A stretch of 63,056 nt of DNA, counting the filler. It is 6 parts of 6 records of this genome, joined end to end, with 100 filler letters (N's around TTAATTAATTAA, not from the genome) between each part and the next. Parts side by side here need not be neighbours in the genome. Positions count along the whole stretch, not along the records: positions 55,607 to 63,056 come from SRR20825010_7211; 5 more parts are not named here. One strand, given 5' to 3'. Below the pieces are notes generated by a model, which was not told the origin of the DNA, ran no database searches, and saw only the letters and a program-made list of their open reading frames with translations. Numbering within the stretch: position 1 is the stretch's first letter; the number at the start of each line of letters is the position of its first letter. Shown piece by piece: positions 57,782-63,056 of the stretch. The position numbers were made by a program, and so were the translations under genes.

Positions 57782-57952
57782 ATTAGTATGCCGACCGGTT
57801 ACCACATCACGCGGCCCTTTTCGAGGGGGGAAGGACCATGACAAAACGTATGGGAAATATGCAGAAGCAGGCCGAGCTTCCCAAGGGGCGAGGGCGAGCG
57901 GTCACGTTCTTGACCTTGCCCGCCCGTCATCCGTTCAGGGATGTGCACAGCT

Positions 57953-58558
57953 TTATTCCCCGGGCCGGTTCAGGCTGAACTTTTCCCGTACAACGGTGTA
58001 GTCGCGATAGCCCATGCGGCTGAGCGGGTTGAAACGCAACACGTCAAAGATACCGTCCACCAGACAATCGTCGCGCATGTGCACGCCTGTGACCTCTCCG
58101 AAGACGGCGAAATTTGCCTCGCCGGGCAGTTGCACGATCTGCGTCAGCTTACATTCCAGGTTGGCGGGGGCGCCGGCCACGCGGGCGCAGTTGATAGTGT
58201 CGCACTGGGCCTTTTCGATCCCGGCGAGTTCAAATTCATCGACGCCCCGGTCCCACGCGCCAGAGGTCTGGTTCATCACGTCTTTCATGGCGTATTCCAC
58301 GATGTTGACGCAAAAGACCCCGGTCTCGCGGATCTGGCTGACGCTGTCCTTGGTGTCGCCCCGGTCCTCTTTGGCGCTGGTCGAGGAAAACATCACCTGC
58401 GGCGGAAAATAGGCGACCGCGTTGAAAAAGCTGTAGGGGGCCAGATTGTCGTGCCCGTCGCTGCCCCGGGTCGAGATCCAGCCGATGGGACGCGGGGTCA
58501 CGATGGCGTTAAACGGGTTGTGGGGCAGGCCGTGGCCGTCTTCGGGGCGATAGAACAA
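57953..58558 (-). CDS. Flavin reductase-like FMN-binding protein
   Basis: PHNPFNAIVTPRPIGWIST, NLAPYSFFN, PLSRMGY; TTG start at 58558 with AGGAG RBS (the ORF track start at 58807 overlaps the opposite gene). Confidence 0.92.
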   Translation of the reverse strand: MFYRPEDGHGLPHNPFNAIVTPRPIGWISTRGSDGHDNLAPYSFFNAVAYFPPQVMFSSTSAKEDRGDTKDSVSQIRETGVFCVNIVEYAMKDVMNQTSGAWDRGVDEFELAGIEKAQCDTINCARVAGAPANLECKLTQIVQLPGEANFAVFGEVTGVHMRDDCLVDGIFDVLRFNPLSRMGYRDYTVVREKFSLNRPGE

Positions 58559-58643
58559 GGTGCATTCTCCTGTTTGCGCGGGCGTTTTCCGCGTGATACG
58601 CGGGTTTGCGCTGAAACGCACGGGGGTTGGAGGCACAGACGCG

Positions 58644-59129
58644 GTGTTCACACTTGCACAGGAAACGCCATCCGACTGGTGGGAGGTCGAAGCGCTGTTC
58701 GATCTGGCCTTTGCGCCGGGTCGGTCCGCGCTGTCATCGTACCGCCTGCGCGACGATGTGGCCCCGGTCGCCGCGCTGTGCCGGTTGGCGCGGGATGAGG
58801 CGGGCACGCTGGGCGGAGCGATCCGCTATTGGCCGGTGCGGGTGGGGCCGCATGACGTCTTGTTACTGGGGCCGGTGGCGGTGCATCCCATTGCACAGGG
58901 CGAGGGATTGGGCGCGGCGCTGATCCGCGACACCACTGCGCGCGCGGCCGAGCAGGGCCATGCACGCATCCTGCTGGTTGGCGATGCGCCTTATTACGGA
59001 CGCTTTGGATTCGAGCGGCTTGAGGGGGTCGAGATGCCGCCGCCTACCAACCCAGACCGCATTCTGGGGCTGCCATTGTATCTTGGTGCATGGGATGGTG
59101 TGACGGGTGAGGTGACGCGCGCAGCTTGA
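58644..59129 (+). CDS. GNAT family N-acetyltransferase (YhbS-like)
   Basis: LLLGPVAVHPIAQGEGLG, LVGDAPYYGRFGF; GTG start with GGAGG. Confidence 0.9.
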   Translation: MFTLAQETPSDWWEVEALFDLAFAPGRSALSSYRLRDDVAPVAALCRLARDEAGTLGGAIRYWPVRVGPHDVLLLGPVAVHPIAQGEGLGAALIRDTTARAAEQGHARILLVGDAPYYGRFGFERLEGVEMPPPTNPDRILGLPLYLGAWDGVTGEVTRAA

Positions 59130-59179
59130 TCGCGCAGGCCTGGGAACCCATCTTTGATTGGATCAGGGAGGGTTTTCGC

Positions 59180-59944
59180 GTGTCCGATACAAAATTGCCA
59201 GTTGTTCAGCATCAATCCGAAATCGCCGCTTTGGCCAAACGCTATCGCGAGGCGGACTCGCTGGGAATGCAGGTGTTGTCGCTGATCGGCGGCCATGCTG
59301 GCAATCTGTTGGAACGGCTGCCGGATGCTGCCAAGGACCGGCTGGAAGAGGCGACGCGGCGCGCGTTGACGGCGGCGCTCCACGCGGCGCAACGGTCGCG
59401 TGGGGTGGTGCCGGACCAGAAACACTGGCTCAACACGGCCGTGGCTACCGCAATGGGTGCAGCGGGGGGATCGGGCGGATTGCCCTCGGCGCTGGCGGAA
59501 CTGCCGGTCACAGTGACTGTGCTGTTGCGCTCTATTCAGGGCGTTGCGGCGGACCACGGTTTTGATCCGTCGACGCCAGAGATCGCCCGCGAATGCCTGA
59601 GCGTCTTTGCCGCCGCAGGACCGATGGATGAGGACGATGACGCCGAGATGGGTTTCTTGGCCGCACGGGTGGCTGTGACCGGATCGACGATCTACAGCCT
59701 GATTGCCCGGATCGCGCCAAAACTTTCGATCGCCATGGGGCAAAAGTTGGCCACTCAAACTGTGCCGGTGCTCGGTGCGGTGGCGGGGGCTGCGACCAAC
59801 TATGCCTATACCAGCTATTATCAGCAGATGGCGCAGGTGCATTTCGGGCTGCTGGCCCTGTCACGCCGAACCGGCATCCCGCGCGAGGTGCTGGTGGCCG
59901 AGCTAAAAAAGGAAATGGCCAAGGCGCGGTTAACGCTGAATTAA
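59180..59944 (+). CDS. EcsC family protein
   Basis: GAAGGSGGL..ALAELPVT..LLRSI, KLATQTVPVLGAVAGAATN; GTG start with GGAGG. Confidence 0.82.
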   Translation: MSDTKLPVVQHQSEIAALAKRYREADSLGMQVLSLIGGHAGNLLERLPDAAKDRLEEATRRALTAALHAAQRSRGVVPDQKHWLNTAVATAMGAAGGSGGLPSALAELPVTVTVLLRSIQGVAADHGFDPSTPEIARECLSVFAAAGPMDEDDDAEMGFLAARVAVTGSTIYSLIARIAPKLSIAMGQKLATQTVPVLGAVAGAATNYAYTSYYQQMAQVHFGLLALSRRTGIPREVLVAELKKEMAKARLTLN

Positions 59945-59962
59945 GCTTAACCGTGCTATCTG
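59930..59962 (+). promoter_or_regulatory. CtrA-type box overlapping the -35 region of a putative promoter
   Basis: TTAA-CGCTGAA-TTAA (59930-59944; reads TTAA-N7-TTAAC on the minus strand), extra TTAAC at 59947-59951, then TG-C-TATCTG -10-like element. Confidence 0.6.
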
Positions 59963-59966
59963 AGTC

Positions 59967-60166
59967 GCATCGAGGCGGAAAGCCTCGTTGCAAACCACCC
60001 GCCCCACGAGAGTGTCGGTCCGTATTTGGATCCGGCCAGCAGCATCGGGGCAGGGGATCTGTTCGCGCAGAATGCACGGGCGGCGCTCTGGCCAGAATGG
60101 TAGGGGCGAATGTGTGTAGACAGTCCTGAACCCGGTCGCTTGCCGAAGGCTGCGACCGGGTTTTTT
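59967..60166 (+). ncRNA. Candidate structured sRNA of about 200 nt
   Basis: 5' hairpin CGAGGC-GGAAA-GCCTCG, several internal stems, ends in a strong + strand terminator; promoter-like elements directly upstream. Confidence 0.5.
60129..60166 (+). terminator. Intrinsic terminator
   Basis: AACCCGGTCGC...GCGACCGGG-TTTTTT. Confidence 0.88.
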
Positions 60167-60356
60167 CATGGCTAGCACGGTCGGCTTTCGCCAAAGTAAT
60201 ATCCCTGTCGCCCAACGCCCGCAGGGGGCCATGCGATCTTTTTTGACACTGGCCGCTCGGACCGGGTCATTTTGGGGGCTGCGCGGGAAACACGGTGGCC
60301 TGCGCCACAGGCGGTGCCCGGTTGCCGGGGCGCTAGCGCGGTTGCCAGCGGTTCGA

Positions 60357-62612
60357 TCACGCGTTGTCGCGCAGGTAATCCATGACAGATTGCCGGACAG
60401 ATTGTTCGCCGCGCAGCTTTGCCTCTTCGATCACGTCGCGCACTTCTTTCAGCGAGTAACGCATCAGCAGGCTTTTGACCGGGCCGACAGAGGCAGGGCG
60501 CATCGACAATGACCGAAGGCCGATGGCGGCAAGGCACAGGGCCTCGATCGGGCGACCGGCATCCTCGCCGCAGAAACTTAGCGGGGTGTTGGTGCTTTCG
60601 CAGCGCGCCACGATGTCGCCGATGAAGCTCAGGAAAGAGACGTTGAGCGTATCATAGCGGCGGCGGACCAGTTCATTTTCGCGGTCGGCGGCAAAGAAGA
60701 ACTGCTTGAGATCGTTGCCGCCAATCGACAGAAATTCTACTTCTTCAAAAAACCGCTTCGAGGCATAGGCAAGGCTGGGAGTCTCCAGCATGGTGCCGAC
60801 CTCCAGCTTTTCCGGCACTGCATGACCCAGTTTACGCTCACGAACCAGAACCTTGTCTACTTCCTCACGGGCGCGGGCGTATTCCTCATACTGGGCAATA
60901 AAGGGAAACATGATTGTCAGCGGACGGCCATTTGCAGCACGCACCAGTGCTTGCAACTGCATCCGCATGACGCCGGGGCGATCCAGAGCCACCCGGATCG
61001 CACGCCATCCCAGTGCAGGGTTCGGCTCATCCAGAGTTTTCATGTAGGGCAGGACCTTGTCGGACCCGATGTCGAGGGTGCGAAAGATCACGCGCTTGCC
61101 TTTGGCGGCGTCCAGCACGCGGGTATACAGGTCCGCAAGTTCCGTCCGCCTTGGCATCTGGTTGCGGATCAGGAACTGCAATTCGGTGCGGAACAGGCCG
61201 ACACCTTCCGCACCGGAATCCTCCAGTGAGGGCAGATCGGCCATCAGACCGGCGTTCATCATCAGGCTTATCGGCACGCCGTCAGCGCTGACGCAGGGGG
61301 TGTCGCGGATAGAGCCATAGCGCTCCTGCGCCTTGGCCTGCATTTCCATCTTGTCGCGGAAGGCGCTGACCACTGTTTCATCGGGGCGCAAGTGGACGAC
61401 CCCTTGATCGCCGTCAACAAGGATCTGGTCGCCGTTCAGCGCCTCGTTGGTGATGCGTTCGGCGTGAATGACCAGCGGAATCGCCAGCGCGCGGGCCACA
61501 ATGACGGCATGGCTGCCCACGGACCCCTCTTCAAGCACCACACCCTTTAGCTTGCGGTTGTATTCCAGCAATTCGGCGGGGCCGATGTTGCGGGCGATCA
61601 GGATCGGGTTTTCAGGCAGTTCGGCGCCGGTCTGGCGGCCTTGCCCGGTGAGGATGCGCAGCAGGCGGTTCGATAGATCGTCAAGGTCGTGCAGCCGCTC
61701 GCGCAGGTAGGCGTCGTTGACCTGCGCCATGCGGGCGCGAGCCGTGCTTTGTTCTTTTTCCACGGCCGCCTCGGCCGACAGGCCACGGGCGATGTCCTCT
61801 TCCATGCGCCGCATCCAGCCCTTGGAATTGGCGAACATGCGGTACGCTTCCAGCACCTGTGTGTGTTCGCCTTCACCCGCTTCGCTATTGCCACCCGCGC
61901 CGGCCAGCATCTCATCTACGGACACGCGTAACTGATCGACAGCCTCATGCAGACGTTTGAGTTCGGTGTCCGGATCATCCGAGACCAAATTGGTGACCAC
62001 GACTCGCGGTTCGTGCAGCCAGGCATGGCCCATGGCGCTGCCCTCTTGCCCGGTGCCACCACGGAACAGCATCGACTGGGTATGCCGCGCCTTGAGCGCC
62101 GCGCCTTCACCGACAAAGGCCCCAAGTTCGGACATTTCCGCCAGCACCATGGCGACAACTTCCAGCGCGTAAACCTCATCGGAGGTGAACTGGCGGAGCT
62201 GTTTCGATTGAACCACCAACACCCCCAGCTTGGAGCCAAGTCGCTGGATCGGCACGCCGAGAAAGCTGGAATAGATCTCTTCGCCGGTTTCGGGCATGTA
62301 GCGAAAGCCGCGCTCTTTCGGGGCATCGGCACTGTTGATTGTCTTGCCGGTGCGCGCAACGCGACCAACCAGACCCTCACCCAGCTTCATGCGGGTCTGG
62401 TGGACAGCTTCGGCTTTCAGACCCTGCGTGGCGCAAAGCTCCAGCGTTTCAGGATCGCGGAACAGGTAGATCGAACAGACCTCTGTGCCCATCGAATCTG
62501 CGGTCAGATGGGTGATCTTGTCCAGCCGCTCCTGACCGGCGGCCTCTTCTGCCATCGTGTCGCGCAAGCGGCCAAGCAGCTTGCGGCTTTCAGATTCGGT
62601 GTTTGTCGGCAT
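60357..62612 (-). CDS. ptsP: GAF-domain phosphoenolpyruvate-protein phosphotransferase (EI-Ntr)
   Basis: N-terminal GAF domain (EVCSIYL, GEGLVGRVA), GSHAVIVARA phospho-His motif, GVGLFRTE, EPNPALGWRAIR. Confidence 0.96.
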   Translation of the reverse strand: MPTNTESESRKLLGRLRDTMAEEAAGQERLDKITHLTADSMGTEVCSIYLFRDPETLELCATQGLKAEAVHQTRMKLGEGLVGRVARTGKTINSADAPKERGFRYMPETGEEIYSSFLGVPIQRLGSKLGVLVVQSKQLRQFTSDEVYALEVVAMVLAEMSELGAFVGEGAALKARHTQSMLFRGGTGQEGSAMGHAWLHEPRVVVTNLVSDDPDTELKRLHEAVDQLRVSVDEMLAGAGGNSEAGEGEHTQVLEAYRMFANSKGWMRRMEEDIARGLSAEAAVEKEQSTARARMAQVNDAYLRERLHDLDDLSNRLLRILTGQGRQTGAELPENPILIARNIGPAELLEYNRKLKGVVLEEGSVGSHAVIVARALAIPLVIHAERITNEALNGDQILVDGDQGVVHLRPDETVVSAFRDKMEMQAKAQERYGSIRDTPCVSADGVPISLMMNAGLMADLPSLEDSGAEGVGLFRTELQFLIRNQMPRRTELADLYTRVLDAAKGKRVIFRTLDIGSDKVLPYMKTLDEPNPALGWRAIRVALDRPGVMRMQLQALVRAANGRPLTIMFPFIAQYEEYARAREEVDKVLVRERKLGHAVPEKLEVGTMLETPSLAYASKRFFEEVEFLSIGGNDLKQFFFAADRENELVRRRYDTLNVSFLSFIGDIVARCESTNTPLSFCGEDAGRPIEALCLAAIGLRSLSMRPASVGPVKSLLMRYSLKEVRDVIEEAKLRGEQSVRQSVMDYLRDNA

Positions 62613-62863
62613 GGGTTTGCCCCCCGCGCGTCCCTAGTGGATGCGACCCGCAGGAATAGAGCATTCGGGCGCACAAGGGAAACCGCTTTTCGGCATGGTG
62701 GGATGAATTTTCCCGCTATGCGGGTGTCGCAAGCGGGTTGATGCAAACAGAGGCAGCTAAAGACAGGGTGTCATGTGTCGGATCAGACCGGAAAAGGTCG
62801 CCGACACGACCGCCAGCCTTCATGGCTGGCGGTGACGCGCGCTTCGGCGTAGTCGGTCTGCTC

Positions 62864-63056
62864 TCAGGCGCTTTTGTCCAGTTCAAACGCATCGTGCAGG
62901 GCCTGAACGGCAAGTTCCATGTACTTGCGTTCGATCAGCACCGAAATCTTAATCTCGGAGGTGGTGATCACCTTGATGTTGATGCCGTCGTTGGACAGTA
63001 CCTTGAACATCTTGGCCGCCACACCTGTGTGGCTGCGCATGCCGATGCCCACGACC
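62864..63056 (-). CDS. lysC: Aspartate kinase, C-terminal ACT domain (5' part outside the window)
   Basis: [16 protein letters not shown]...[12 protein letters not shown]...[12 protein letters not shown]; lysC-ptsP adjacency is typical of alphaproteobacteria. Confidence 0.93.
   Translation of the reverse strand, partial: VVGIGMRSHTGVAAKMFKVLSNDGINIKVITTSEIKISVLIERKYMELAVQALHDAFELDKSA

Noticed and set aside
60243-60273. TTGACA that could drive an antisense transcript into ptsP
   Set aside because: No convincing -10 element at 16-18 bp spacing.

Overview
This window is not one locus. It is six unrelated sequence fragments, probably marine metagenome contigs, joined by identical 100-nt artificial linkers (N44-TTAATTAATTAA-N44) at 28652-28751, 33471-33570, 37586-37685, 50244-50343 and 55507-55606. 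(1) 1-28651: high-GC gammaproteobacterial core region, Alcanivorax/Pseudomonas-like gene order (agmatine deiminase pair, lolC/E-lolD, comEC-exbBD-msbA-lpxK-kdsB-murB, rne, rluC, yceF, yceD-rpmF-plsX-fabDG-acpP-fabF-pabC-mltG). (2) 28752-33470: Bacteroidota red-algal galactan (agar/porphyran) degradation genes: GH2, a T9SS-secreted GH16 and the start of a probable GH86. (3) 33571-37585: alphaproteobacterial TRAP solute-binding protein, HAD, lytic transglycosylase, N-formylglutamate amidohydrolase and half of a tRNA-Val. (4) 37686-50243: Flavobacteriaceae core region (icd, rplS, trmD, long GAPDH, HtrA, dapF, mltG, dnaA). (5) 50344-55506: Rhodospirillales-like accessory genes (two paralogous solute-binding-like genes, one frameshifted; a diguanylate cyclase; hypotheticals). 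(6) 55607-63056: Rhodobacteraceae-like (SulP, Vat/CatB acetyltransferase, flavin reductase, GNAT, EcsC, ptsP, lysC end). I found no CRISPR array, phage, transposase or defence system. The most interesting signals are non-coding: a candidate CtrA-box-driven structured sRNA of about 200 nt (59930-60166), a 5-codon leader peptide (MDQHL) with an SD-sequestering hairpin in front of the Vat/CatB gene (57719-57790), a heptamer-built inverted-repeat element between lpxK and kdsB, and three uncharacterised tandem modules in the GH16 enzyme. All family and taxon calls come from motif recognition by eye, not database searches.
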